Source: Vicugna vicugna (taxonomy: Eukaryota). Taken from it: a stretch of DNA of 64,000 bases. Under the pieces are notes generated by a model. It saw nothing but the letters and a program-made list of their open reading frames with translations. It was not told the DNA's origin and did no database searches. The stretch spans positions 930,001 to 994,000 of the forward strand of contig MU058444.1 of the NCBI GenBank assembly GCA_013265495.1, given 5' to 3'. Positions within the stretch are counted from its first letter, which is position 1. Each line of letters starts with the position of its first letter. The translations under genes and the position numbers were made by a program. Shown one piece after another: positions 1-13,257 of the stretch.

Positions 1-638
1 TGTTACTGCAAATATATATCGGATACTTAAGGTGATCCCAGAAATGTCCCCTTGTACCTTTTGGAATGTGACCTCACCATCTTTATGATGGTTTTACACG
101 ATGCTTTACTTGATGGTGGGGCACTTAAGCTTCTGAGTCAACTTTGCTGCTGGTCATAATTAATGCTTCGGTTTTGCATGCCCAGCCTTGAAGCCGCTGG
201 CTTGAGTGATTCTTTCATTCAGCGGGCATGACTCACTGCAATCATCTGGCACAGTGTTTTCAGTTACATCTGAGTCTTTTAAAGGAGGCTGGATTTTACA
301 CTTGGTTATTTTGACATCGGCGACTAAAACCTGCAAGAACTTCTTGCAGTAGGACCCTAAGTGACTTACAAATCCATTCTGTGTAAATGTAAAGTAGTAT
401 TTCCTATTTAAGGTATGTTAAAATACATATGTAAGTCACTGTTTTCCTTGAGTACTGCTTTTTTGGTGGTGTTTTAAAATTCGCCCTTCACTATGTTGTT
501 GTTGTTGTTGCCTGGTTTTAAAAACTATTTCATGTATACTTTTTGGTGACTAATTTTTTTATATTGACACATATCTTGCTTTTCAGAATATCCCCTTTCT
601 AGCCATAATTTTGACTTTGTATTTACATACTATTCTAG

Positions 639-763
639 AACATTCGAGTGCGGACAGTAAAAGGCCAAGATTATCTTTCAAAAACTGGAGCAAAATTTCA
701 TGGAAAACTGGAACAGAAATTTTTGCTCATTGACTGCCAGAAAGTTATGTACGGTTCCTACAG
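639..763 (+). CDS. FAM83B: FAM83B penultimate coding exon (DUF1669 / pseudo-PLD region); upstream exons lie outside the window
   Basis: Acceptor tattctag|AAC at 638/639 and donor TACAG|gtaaga at 763/764. The 125 nt translate [41 protein letters not shown](S), the FAM83 degenerate HKD-like segment. The phase-2 end (AG) joins the C at 4896 to make Ser in frame. Confidence 0.96.
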
Positions 764-887
764 GTAAGATCACGGCGTTGACGTCCAGCATCACCAGTCA
801 TTTCTAGAATTTTTTAGTTTCAAATTTTGATGTCATCTGTTTAGTTATTTCTTACAAAATAAAAGAAAAACCCTTGCATGGAAGCTT

Positions 888-1028
888 GGAGCCTAGAGTT
901 TCAGTTGTGGCTGTGGCTGTGAAGAACATTAAGTCATTGGACAAGTCACAGAACTTCCTGGGGCTTCAAGTTCTTCCTCCCAAAATAAGGGAGTTGACTA
1001 ATATCTCAGCTTTCCTACAGCTCTAAAA
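888..1028 (+). mobile_element. MIR-family SINE fragment
   Basis: MIR core-like ttggacaagtcacagaacttcctggggcttcaagttcttcctcccaaaataagg and tail cctacagctctaaaat. Confidence 0.6.
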
Positions 1029-1371
1029 TGCAAGAAGTGTTGCTGTTCCTTATGAAAGCAGTATGAACCATAATAATTGTTCATAAAAATAGAAGTGGTT
1101 TATCACCTTGAAGAACCAGTCTAATGGACTACTCTGATTTATTATTATTAAGGATCTGATAATTATCAGATTGTCATCATGGTACTGCTGAAAAACCATT
1201 TAAGAGTCCAACTGTTAAAAATGCCATGGTGGACAGTAGACAAGGTTATTCAGCCCCAGATCTACTCTCTGGCATCTTTCCAAGCCACCCCGGCTGGCAT
1301 GTATCCATTCTCCTCTAGCTTGGCTCTTAGGTTTCATTCCCAGACTCTTACCCCTTATTGGACTGATCTGC

Positions 1372-1495
1372 AAGGCAGTTGTTTTTATCGCCATTTGATA
1401 AGTGATGAAACTGAAGTTCCAGAGGCTTTAGTCACTTGTCCAAGACATCACAGCTAACGGCCAGAGGCAGTCCAGGACTGGCGCAGTCTGGGTCC
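1372..1495 (-). mobile_element. MIR fragment
   Basis: Antisense core: ccatttgataagtgatgaaactgaagttccagagg...cacttgtccaagacatcacagcta. Confidence 0.65.
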
Positions 1496-2759
1496 AGCTG
1501 GCTCCAAAGTATGATGCAGCCCCAATTCTCCCTTATCCATTCCAGGCATCAATCCTGAATGGAACACACAGTAGGGCTATATCAACAGGCAGCCAATAAC
1601 ACCAATAAACATGTGAACCGCTGGGTCATCAGAGCAGAGCAGACTCACCACTAAAGACAGTGGGAAGAGATGTGGATGTGAACAGGATGTGAAGGGGAAC
1701 TCTGGCCTCTTCTCTTAAGAACTTAAAAAGCCCACAAGAAGGAGGCAACACGTTGAAGGCGCTGGTCGTGGGCGAGTTACCTAACTTGGCTGCACTTGAG
1801 ATTGCTCCTCTGTAAAAGGAACCTAATCATCCATCTTACCTCGTGTCCTTGTCGTGAGAATGAAGTGTCAGAGGCTACGTTTTTGCTGAAAACATCAGCT
1901 CACTTTCCCTTCAAGCTCCTGGACCCTTTTCTGAACATCTTTTTTGGAGTTTTAAAGGAGAGCTTGTTTGGAGCAGAAATTACAACTCGTGCTCGAAGTG
2001 AATGAGCTCTTTTAAAGACTCATTATATGTGTGTCTATTTGTTCAGACCCACTTGGTTTTAGAGATGTTTTCACTGCAAGTTTAATTAAAACGGGAGCTC
2101 ACTTGACTTACTGGATGGTGTTTATTAGTTTAAGCTCATCATGATGAGTGCTTTCTAAGTTGATTATTTAACTTGACTTCTAAGATGATCTTCAACAATA
2201 AATTCATGCCGACTTTGTTTTGCTATCACTGGGTATTAGCAGGTGCTGTCTGTTTAGGTGACTGTAACAGGGCTACTTGAAGACTGGTGCTGGGAAAAAC
2301 AAAGAAGCAAACAAACGAACAGCAACAAAAACTCTTTATCTTTCTATCTAGATCATAAGCCAGAGGCAAAATGTAAGTCATTATTTATGAAAGTGAATAC
2401 GGCTTTCCTAGGACCTCAGATGATTAAAATGCATCAAAACGATGGTCTAACGACTCTACCTTCCTTATTATTTCATGTTAATTTCAAATAGATTTCTTTA
2501 AATTAATTGAGGGTTGTCAGCCCTTGTCATTTTTGTCTTTTTCTGACTAATTATCAGGGACCTTTTTTTATTGTTAACAAATATCATAACAGGAGCTGGT
2601 GGAACCGTTGTGACCCCGTCTTTGTAGAAACTGGTTCAAATTTTACTTCCTTTTGGTTGAGAATAGCCTTCATCTCTCCTATTCTGTTATTGCAATTGCT
2701 TTATCCATAGGCAGATTCAGAATGCCACCATCTTTTTTCTTCCCCCCCACGTTTGGTAA

Positions 2760-2965
2760 CCCCTTTATTGAGGTGTAATTGGCATACAATAAACTACACC
2801 TATTTAATGAGTGCAGTTTGGTAAGTTTTGACCAATGAAACCATGATCACCATCTAGATGATAACCACAGGCATTTCCCACCCCACAAGTTTTCTCTGTT
2901 ACTTTGCGATGCCTCCCTCTGCCTCCACCCTTTCTTGCACCTGCTGACAATGGCTGATCTGCTCA
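2760..2965 (-). mobile_element. Old L1 (L1MB/ME-like) 3' end fragment
   Basis: ctttattgaggtgtaattggcatacaataaactacacctatttaa...gtttggtaagttttgac is a typical antisense L1M 3' terminus. Confidence 0.7.
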
Positions 2966-4895
2966 GAGCGCCTTCTTCTTTACTTCAGATTTCTCTGCCA
3001 TAAAATGTCTTCATATTCTAAACTCCCAGCATTGCTAGAAAGGTCTGCTGTCTGTTTTCACCACGTCACACACAGTGATAGCTCAAGCATCCTAAAGACA
3101 GCTTTATTCAGAAAACACAACAGGTGTTTTGTCACTTCCTGATACTAACAATGAAGGGATAAAAACACATACATTTCTGTCAATGTGTGTAAGTCAAATT
3201 TTGAATTGGATATCCGCATTTGAAATTGTCATATGAAAACCTGGAAGATATTTAGTGAAGTATTGACCACACATTTGACTGAGAGAGACTGTGATAAGCT
3301 TATTTTTTTTAAACCTTGTGCTCTCTCTGCTTTGCTTTCCAGATTTCCTCTACTAGTTCATTAAACTCCTCTATAGCTTCTGACTTCCACTAAACATAAT
3401 TGGTTTTCTGAGTTCAGCCAAAACATGGCCATCATTGCTTCCTTCCTTTTCCCATGTGTTTCTTCTTCCACGCAAATTGTCCTCCCACACTTCTCAAGTC
3501 TGAACTTCTGGGTAGCTAGTCTCTGTCAAAATCCTGCTAAACTCTCACTGTCTTTGGGGCTGTTCTCATCTTTGATAGTTGATTCTTCATCCTTTAGTTG
3601 TTTCTAACAAATCTGGCGCTCACAGCTTCAGTTGGGTTGAAAATTCCTCTAGCAATTCACTTGTGTACCATTTCTTTAAAGTCGCCCTGGTGACCCACAC
3701 ATCCGTGCATAAAGAGTACCTAGAAATATCCTTCTTGGACCATGCATTCAGTAAGCATTCTAGAAAAAACTGAAGCATCTCAGAATAAGAAGATTCTTAA
3801 GTTGTATGTACTTTAGATTACTACGCTGCACATTAAAAAAAAAAAATTTCCATCTGCCTTTGTGTCTTCCCTGCATAAACAGTAAGCTCCTTCATGATGG
3901 AGAATGTCTCTGCCTCCTTTTTCTTTAAGATTCACCTCTGTTATGTCAAGTACACTATTTGAGATATCGCATATTAGCAATTGCTTTCTCAGCTCAGTGG
4001 CTCTGTATGTTATAGTCTCAAGATTTTCTAAAATAAGATTTAAAATTATACATGGAGCTTCAAGATAACTGTCACCTCTAAACTCTTAGGAAACAGATTA
4101 GAAGTTCCACAAAGCACTAGAAAGTCATGATAAACTTCAGTTTCCTGGAAATGGTATTCTGTGCGGAAAGATCTTAATTGGCATTCTGACTGGCGCGGAC
4201 TGTGAGCACTCAATTTACTGTGTACACTGAGTGAAGTGAGGTATGACCTTTAGAGGTGGAGGCTGCTGCCGACAGATCCTGTCTCTGTTTACAACCCCCG
4301 GCAGCCGGAACTACACTCACACGTAAGCCGCAGGGATGAGACACGTGCATTGGCACAGACTGCCTTGCAGCGTGACATGTTAGGACCGACCACAAGGAAC
4401 TGGAGCAACCATGCTGTTGGTATCCTCATTCTGGACATGAGGAAACTGAGGTCCGGGCTGGTGTGGAATTGACAGCTCAGCAGAAGTCAAGTCTCCCAAC
4501 TTTTCCTCTGATACTAGCTTGCCCTGCACCCTGCCAAGATGCTGTATATCAAATGTCATTTTTTTCACTCCATAAAATCTTAGGAGGCAGAGAGTCAAAA
4601 TATACAGCAGACTTTTCTTTACTTTTCTGGAAAGTAGAGTAAGAAATTACGAATGGATTCAAAGCCAGGACTTGAGTTGCTTTGTCATTTAAAATATAGC
4701 TGTGGAGGTGGGGAGATATATGCATTGCAAGGAAGACTGAAGATGTTCTAAATTATGGTAGCCAAGGAAAATCAACAAAAAATATTCTTTTGTTAACCTT
4801 AAATGACACATTGTTCTTAGTAACCATATATTGTAGCCATATATTGTCAGCAAAATTTAAATGTGCCTTTGTTTGTTTGTTTGTTTGTTTTGCAG

Positions 4896-7212
4896 CTACA
4901 TGTGGTCATTTGAAAAAGCTCACCTCAGCATGGTTCAGATAATCACAGGGCAACTTGTGGAGTGCTTTGATGAAGAGTTTAGGACTCTGTATGCCAGGTC
5001 CTGCGTCCCCAGTCCGTTTGCTCAGGAGGAGTCAGCAAGGGTGAAACAGAGCAAAGCGCTCTGGGAGAATGGTACATACCAGCGTTCAGTGTCTTCCTTG
5101 GCTTCCGTTTCCAGCCAAAGAAACCTTTTCGGTAGACAAGACAAAATCCACAAACTCGATTCTAGTTACTTCAAAAACAGAGGCATCTATACTCTCAATG
5201 AGCACGACAAATACCATAACATAAGAAATCATGGCTACAAACCTCACTTCGTGCCGAACTTTAACGGTCCAAATCCAGTCGGCCAGCATCGACCCAACCA
5301 GATGATCAGTGAGAACTGGAAGAGGCACAGCTACGCGGGGGAGCAGCCAGAAGCGGCGCCGTACCTGCTGCTGAGCAGGGCGCTGACCCGGGCCGCCAAC
5401 GCGCCCGGCCACCGGCAGCGGCCCCCGGACAGCCCGAGCGCGGCGTCCTCGGCGCGGGGCGGCTGCGCGGGCCGCCAGCGCGCGCCCGCCCAGAGCTTCG
5501 CGGACCGGCTGGCCCAGCGGAAGACGACGAACCTCGCCGAGAGGAACTGCAGCGTGCGGAGGTCCTTCAACGGCACGGACAACCACATCCGCTTTCTGCA
5601 GCAGCGCATGCCGACCCTGGAGCACACCACCAAGTCGTTCCTGCGGAACTGGAGGATCGAGTCCTACCTAAACGATCACTCGGAGGCGGCCCCCGAGGCC
5701 AACGGGTCGGCTCTGGGCGACCGGTTGGAGGGCTACGAGGGCCCCGAGAATGCGAAAGCCAGCGCCCTGTACGCGCACTCCCGCCTCCGCTCCTCTTTTG
5801 TGTTTAAACCGACGCTACCCGAGCAGCAGGAGGTCAGCAGCTGCACGACGGACTCCTCGAATTCAACTGTCGTTGGTTCCCAGGGCAGTGACACACCGAA
5901 GGCGGCCCCCGACACCCCGACAGGGGCGCAGCATCCGCCGGACAAGCCCGCGCTGGACTCCACCCCCAGGCTCGCGCCGCAGCCGGAGGCGCCGAAAATG
6001 CACGCGTTGCCGGTTCCCGAAAGCCAGCCAGCGGGCGCGAACCCAGCTGCAAACGGCCCGACGGAGCCAAACAGCTATTTGTATACAACCTTGTGTGTGA
6101 ATAAGCAGACAGAAAATCTCAAGAGCCAACCAAATGAGAATCTGCTGAAAAGGCGGAGTTTCCCGTTCTTTGACCACTCAAAAGCCAATTTTGATCACGG
6201 AAGTAGTAAGCATTATGTATATAGTACACTTACCAGAAATCGAGTTAGGCAACCAGAAAAACCCAAAGAGGAGTTGCTAAAAAGCTCGAAAAGCATGCAC
6301 AATGTGACCCAGAGGGTGGAAGAGGAGGACGAGGAGGAGGTGATGGAGAGAGACCCTCCCAGCGGCGCTAACACCAAGTCAGTTTCCATTGCTGCTTTGA
6401 ATGACGTGAACAAAGAGGAACCTAACAAAGAACTCACTTCCAGGAAAGAAGTGAAGGGCTCCCCAAGTTTTTTGAAAAAGGGGTCTCAGAAGTTAAGGTC
6501 ACTGCTTAGCCTTGCCCCAGAAAAGAAAGAAAATCTCTCCAAAAATAAAGCCCCTGCCTTTTATAGAATGTGTAGTAGTTCTGACACTTTAGTTTCTGAG
6601 GTTGAAGAGAATCAAAAACAAAAAAAATCAGAACCCAAAATGGATGTGTCTCCTAGAAGAAAGCGTTCCTCCTCATCCAACTCTCCAGGCAGCATCCACA
6701 AGAGTAAAGAAGATGTAGCGGTTCGTTCATCTCAGGGGATGCATTCTCCATCCGATCAAAGTAACAAGATCATACCTTCTGCAGGTCCAGTTGAAAATAA
6801 GTTCTCGGAAAGAGCAGGAGATGCCTCTGCCCCGAGATTCAACACCGAGCAGATCCAATACCGAGATTCGAAGGAGATGAAAGCAGTTGTTGTGCCAGAA
6901 AGAAAACCAGCTTCTTCTCCAAGGCCAAAGCCCAATGATGAGCTTCTGAAATCGCATTCCATGGACCGGCGCGTTTACAGTCGTTTTGAGCCCTTTTGTA
7001 AGATTGAAAGCGCCATTCAGCCCACAAGCAACATGCCGAAGACTGGGACACCCCGCCCGGAGGTGAAATCCACAACGGTGCCCAACAGCTACGGCAGGTC
7101 CAGCCCAATGCTTAATTACAACACTGGTGTTTACCACGCATATCAGCCAAACGAAAACAAGTTTCGAGGACTAATGCAGAAGTTTGGCAATTTCATACAC
7201 AAAAATAAATGA
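4896..7212 (+). CDS. FAM83B: FAM83B terminal coding exon (end of DUF1669 including the FDEEF CK1-docking motif, then a long low-complexity tail ending [10 protein letters not shown])
   Basis: The (GTTT)n pyrimidine tract and tgcag|C acceptor lie at 4895/4896. The frame [35 protein letters not shown]...[15 protein letters not shown] matches FAM83B as I recall it. The ORF track's ATG at 4861 is intronic. Confidence 0.96.
5330..6065. promoter_or_regulatory. Exonic CpG-island-like block within FAM83B
   Basis: By hand count 5401-5520 is 104/120 G+C, with dense CpG. Positions 6481-6600 of the same exon are 49/120 G+C. Confidence 0.75.
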
Positions 7213-10200
7213 AATGCTGGCATTACAAATAGACTTCAAAGTACAAAGAAGAATGTGGCTATAAATATTTGTCCTAGGAACATTCTGGATTTTTGAACAT
7301 GCTAATAAGTTTCTATGGGGGCAGAACTTGGGGTATGATGTGTATGTTTACCAACTTACTAATGTACAGTAAAGTTATTGTTACATGTGATAAAGTTAGT
7401 TATGCTTAATTACACTATAGATGGAATATCTATGAACACATGACTTTCAATTGGTAATGGTGAGATAAATTGTTTTCTTCAGACTGAAGATCTTCTTAAG
7501 TCTTAAATGGAAACTAGGGGAGAGATGGTGTGTGGGTTTTAACCATTCATTCCAAAGTCTTTCGTTTAAAAAAAAAGACAAAGGATCATAACATGATTAG
7601 TGGCCCTTTATAATACGTCCTTATGCAGTTTTTAGATATTCAAATTATGAGAAAATAGGACAAAGCCTTTGTGGTTTTTAATTAACTTTAAATTCTAGAG
7701 GATAACTTGTTATATTTCATTAGTGTTTTATTAATTTTTCTGTGGAGCATATACAGCTGGGTTTGACAGCAACAGTACCATTTAAACCATACAGCTCAGC
7801 ACATTTTTTCTGTTACCTGAACTGTTTGCAAAGTATCAGCCTCAGGGTGTACAAATCCATCAGAGAAATTTATTTGCAGGATGTTCTTATTATTTCTGAA
7901 CCAAAGGAGCCTGTACTCCATTCACTCATCAGCTGCTGAATTTTCATAGTCAAACTTGTAGCAAGCCAGCAGGACTTTGGAAATCCTGAATTATTCCTCT
8001 CCTTTTTCTAATATAAGGAAAATTGCAGAAATGCATAATTTTTTTTTATCTTGAATTAGTTTGACAGTGCTTAGGTGTTTTGCTTACAAGAGTCTTTGCT
8101 CTTTTGTATACTGTGCCAAATACAGATGGATGCCTACTATTTCCATGAGAGTACCATGATGAAAAATGAGACATGGTACCTGGAATGGTTCTTCCATGAC
8201 CCTGGGGCCTGGTTGAAAGTCTGAAACCTTTCTGTATCTGAATTTGATGATGATATTCAGTTCATAACCTTTCTTAGAGTAATGAAATAAAAGCTCCAAA
8301 TCCGTGACAGAGACTTTAACTTGGCCTTACTTCATCTACAAAGAACACGATTCAAGAAGCAATGCATCATTCGAGAAGCAGAAGCTGTTTCTACAACACT
8401 TTAAATATATTATTTAACTCCAAGTTGCTATCTGGGGCAGTGTGTTGTTTAAAAATTCAAGATTTAGTCAAATGTTAATATTTATGCCATTATTAACTAA
8501 TTAAAATAATGGCGCTAAAATATGTCATTAAAATAATTTCCGTAGTATTTTAAAACCGTGATAAGTGACAGAATAAAGTGACAGCAGGAAAAAGAAAACC
8601 TAACATTCATAGACCAGGTCCTGAGCCAGAATCTAAACTCCCCACGACAATATTTTGTGGGTATCACTGTCCTCATTACTTACAGATGGTGATTGAGGTG
8701 ATAATTGAGACATTAAGACTCAGAGAGATAAAGCCCCAAGCCACATAGCCAATAGATGGTGGTGCTATAGTGTCTATAACTTTGTCACATCAGATTGCCT
8801 CCCAAATGTGTTCAACCTACTCACCCAAACCATTGAGAATTAAATTTCCCAACTCAACAGCAATCCACCAAGAACTGTTTAGTCCAACTCCACCAGGCAA
8901 CAAAGGACACACAGGACTTAAAATAACCTTAGAGGGTGAGACTGCTTTCTGAATGAAACCTAGGAAGCCACTTTTAACTGCTAGGCAGCCATTTTGGTCC
9001 CCTTCCGGTTGACCTTCAACGAGAGGAAGGGAAAAGGAACCGGAAGTGAACCTGCCTGGAACCTGCTTCTGTGCCGGAGAAAGATGTCTGCTAGGTTGGG
9101 AACTAAGCAGGAAGTGGAACTCAGTGTTAAATACATTATGTCATTAGGTACTCACGATCACCCTGTGAAGTACCTCCTTTTTGTAAATGAGAAAACTAAG
9201 CCTCAAAGAAGTTCCATAACTTTCCAAGAGCTGGACAGCGCTTAATTGGTAGAAAGGGGATTTGAACAGGAAAGTTTGTATTCTTCATACCATATCATAC
9301 TATACCTTGCTGGCTTCTACTCTGCTATGCTTGAGGAACTGCCTTTGAAAGGACTTGTCTCTCTCTTTTGCTCTCAAATGTTTATAAGAGTTGCAGAAAT
9401 AATACAAGGAACCATACAGCCATAGCATTTCGTATGCACAAATCCAGAGTATAGCACTCAATTTCACTATAAGAGTAGGTTTTAAAACTCCCGTTTAACG
9501 TAGAGAATTTCCAAGTACTACAGTGTTGAGTTTGCTTATTTTGGAAAGCTGACTAGAATAGACTTGAGATTCTGTATCCTTCCTAATAATTTAATACCAT
9601 AAAAATAAAGCACTAAGAGAGAACAGTCATTTTTCACAGGAAAGGTAGCCCAGCATATTTACAAAATATTCGATTTTTTTTTTTTTTTTTACAAAATGGC
9701 CTTTGGAATGTGTATTTCCTTATAATCAAATAAAGAATTCAGTTGCAATAAGAAAAATGTTTCTGGTTGTTGGGATGTTAATTTTTAGAGTCATCTGGAA
9801 ATTGTATGATCTTCATAGATTAGTATCAGATTATTTAACAAACATTAGAATTGAGGTCTAGTGAGTGAAAGAGATTTTTCAATTTGCTCTTCGAAAAATT
9901 CGCTTCTGTGATTCTGGACCATAATCCTTTACCCGCTTATCGAAGGCAGAACCCAGAGTTAATCAAACCAGAATGACTGTAGTATTACCCACCCTTTGTT
10001 ATTGTTAGATGAGGCATATTTCAGAGCTAAGGGGATAACGGGCCAATTGTCATTAGGCAGCTGTGAAACTGTAAGTCCTGAAATTTAGAGTAATGCGATG
10101 GAATGACGTAAAGCTGAAATACATGAAGACTAGAGTTTTAATCATGCTTGATTACATGTAGAAGCCTACTGCCCTTTTGTACAGCAGCTGCCATCATTTC

Positions 10201-11160
10201 TGGAAACATCAGTAGCTTTTAAGTAGTTCCTGAGCTCCTCCCATCCCTGCAGGAGCTGGAAGGGCATCCCTCTGAACACAGCAAATTTTTCTTGGATTAT
10301 TTTCCTTTTTCTTTCTTTCTTTTTTTTTTCCTCCAGAAACTTCTATGTCAGCATCTATATATAGTAACTTTTCAAATTTTCTGTGTCTGAGAAACTGCAG
10401 GATTTAAACTGAGCAAGTGCATAATGCCTCACTTAATTTACTCGAGTTTTGAGTTTTGAGCAGACACTCCCAAACTTCATGGATATAATCATTTCCAGCA
10501 ATATATTTTCTTTTCCTCCCCATATTAATATTGGTGGGAAGCTAATGTCACTTAGATGTATTTTCATAGTAAAGTGTGGTATGGCAATTTTTACTCTACA
10601 TAGTACATTAGTTTGTAAGCAGAACTCAAGAAATTAGGTACAGTTTCAAAGTAGCTCTTGGCAGATAGTTTCCGAAGTGTTTAAGTGCCTGTATCCCGAA
10701 CACACTGGCATCCTTTTATTTCAGGGATTGGGATTAGCCATAATCTACATTTGTGGAAGCAAATATCTGAGTTAATCAAGATAGTATCTGTGGTGATTCA
10801 GATAAGCAAAGAGGAAGGTTGAACTCTGGCTGTACTCAAATACTACTTTCTTCAAGATTATCCAGTTACTCAGCTTCTGTTTCACAGATATTTGTCTTTG
10901 GTGCATATCTGCTGAATTTTAATGTGCTGATGGCTAAGGGATATAATGTACAATCACTGTTTCACTTTATGTGTGACAATGTGTGATGCTGTTTAATAAA
11001 AAATTTATCATAACATTCATTTTGGTTCTAGAATATTTAAAACGAAAGAGATGAAATTCTAAACCAAAGAGAGTCAACTTTTTATATATGTGCAATGTTA
11101 GCAAATAAATATTCTTCCAAATTAACTTTTGTTGTTACATCTAATAAATGAACATTAAAT
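7213..11160 (+). other. FAM83B: Probable FAM83B 3' UTR (3' end uncertain)
   Basis: AT-rich, mostly non-repetitive sequence after the stop codon, ending in a cluster of poly(A) signals. Earlier AATAAA hexamers (about 8286, 8572, 9604, 9729) could be alternative ends. Confidence 0.5.
9130..9280 (-). mobile_element. MIR fragment
   Basis: tttgtaaatgagaaaactaagcctcaaagaagtt...aagggatttgaac-like antisense core. Confidence 0.6.
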
Positions 11161-11200
11161 AATTTTATACAAAATCAATATATCGTAAGTTGTTTATTTT
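10995..11200 (+). terminator. Candidate polyadenylation signal cluster
   Basis: AATAAA at 10995, 11104 and 11143, ATTAAA at 11154, an upstream TGTA near 10948, and a downstream GT/T-rich tract (gttgtttattttt) near 11189. Confidence 0.45.
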
Positions 11201-13257
11201 TTATCTTCATACCCTGGATTTCTCCATCGAAGCTCATGTTTTTTGCTTAGTTACTATATCATGAATTTAGATTTTTACACATTTTTGAGTATTTCTTGTG
11301 AATTTTGAACTCACCTCTTATATACTTAGTTTTTTGATTAACAATGATATTTCATATAATAATTTATCCATATTTGACATCCAATGACAATCCTCTTCCC
11401 TTAATAATATAATTCCCTTTATTTCTACCTCTACTGGAATGTAGTAGTTATTTTAAATAACTTGTGATCTTGAAAAATAGAGAATATTTTGTTAAAATAT
11501 TGATAGCTGCCTTTTGTAGAATTTTGTAACATTTTGTTTGAGTAAATATTCTGAAAGTGCATTTGTATTACATCAATTAGTGACATTAAACAAACCCAGA
11601 GTTTGAAAATTATTTAAAACTCAAAATGCATTTCCTTAGGGAAAAAAGATGCCCCTTATTTCACAGATTTAAGATGCAGTTGAAACACTGTGTATGGGGA
11701 ATTAAATAGTGACCTTTTAAAAACAAATGTGATTTTTAAGTAGGTAAGTATAATTTTCAATAGTTCAATAAAAATAAATTTTTGCTTTTTTTTTTTACCT
11801 TCACCCAAAATATCAATGTTTGAGAAAATTCTAGTTCAGTGGGATAGTACGGGACACAGATAAGGTTTTACTTTGGGGGCCATCCAAAAGGAAACTTAGG
11901 AATAGGTTCAGTTGGTTTGAGGAGTCGAAGACCACCCTGAGGTAACTGAACTAGAAGAAACCAGAAGGGCATTAAAAGAAGCAAGCTCGTATCCTGGGAG
12001 AAGAATTACGCAAGAATTACGCAAGGTAGACTTAAAACCAGAAATGAGAGATGTGGAGAGGAAGGCTTTTGAGTCAACAAAGGCATGTCTAATTGGACAT
12101 TTCTCCCATACTAGTCTGTTGTAACAATCTGGATCATTTATTCATTCAACACTCATGCTGGGAACCTACGTTGTTGCAGGTGTGTAGGTTACGGTAGGCT
12201 TTTTTGATGTAAGAGAAAAGACTGTCTGGATAATCAGAAGCTGCAGCAGGTTTGCATGAGTGTGTTGAGAATCGCCCCAACCAGCAGCAGCATTGCGTGT
12301 GCTCCTTGAAGGCTATTTATCTAAACTTGTGCCTTGATGTACTAGTGCCCAGCAAAACCTCCTGTCAGATAATCGTATGTCTGAGTCTACTCATTTTCTT
12401 ACCTGTAGTGTATAAATGTATGATCCATTAATATCCATATGTGAATATGTGCATTTTATAACTATCTGAATAGGCATTTGTATTAAAAGGCACAGGTGGG
12501 TTCATGTGGCTGAAGTCCTAGTTTTAATTTCAGCCACGTTGACCGTAGGATCTGGGCATCTTTAGAGATCTAGGAGAGTTGCCTTCTAAGGACATTTGTT
12601 TTTGATAGAAAGAAAGCCCCCTAATGAAGAATGAATCGTAAAGGGCAAGAGCAGGTCTGCTGAAATTCAGTTCAAAGGCAACTAGCCCACAAGGTAAGGA
12701 GGTGGTGAGTGTTAGTCATTGACGTGGTCGATCAATGTAGGTCGATCAACACGGGAAGGCACGGAGAACGGCTTCTGTGAGTTCTCCGTGGATGGTGCAT
12801 GGAGACAGTCAGGTGTCAGGGACCTGCCCTGGGCATCCTCACCACGGCCTCCCATTTTCAACAGCAGCCTCTCTGCCAGTGCTGCAAGATTATAGCAACA
12901 AAGAAACTCTTTGCAGAGAGACAATGAGAACAATCACTACTGTTGGTGTATTGTACCAGTAATGGCAGTGTGACCACAGTGGGCCAAAGCAGGGAAGAGC
13001 AGACACCATGAGGTGGCCAGGATGGTGAATCTCTGTAGGAACTCCTAGAAAGTGGGAAATCGGGGTGCTGAGATGCCACCAGATCAGGTTCAGATGGGAA
13101 TTTACCGTTCCCTCATTCGTACTGAGTTAGAATGGCTTAGGAAATGCACGTCATATCAGTCACATATCCACAACAGAACACAAAATGTTTGTGACAAGAT
13201 TCTAAAGAATCAATTTGACAGAATGCTCTCCACTATTTCACTTTTATTAAAAAGAGT

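Noticed and set aside
4861..4895. ORF-track N-terminus [11 protein letters not shown] as the protein start
   Set aside because: It is the intronic (GTTT)n pyrimidine tract; the real exon starts at 4896 and splices in frame to 639-763.
5086..7137. Several antisense and alternate-frame ORFs (up to 179 aa) overlapping FAM83B
   Set aside because: Expected from stop-codon depletion in GC-rich coding DNA; no recognisable domains.
12001..12025. 11-bp tandem duplication aagaattacgc x2
   Set aside because: Ordinary slippage duplication with no array or spacer structure.
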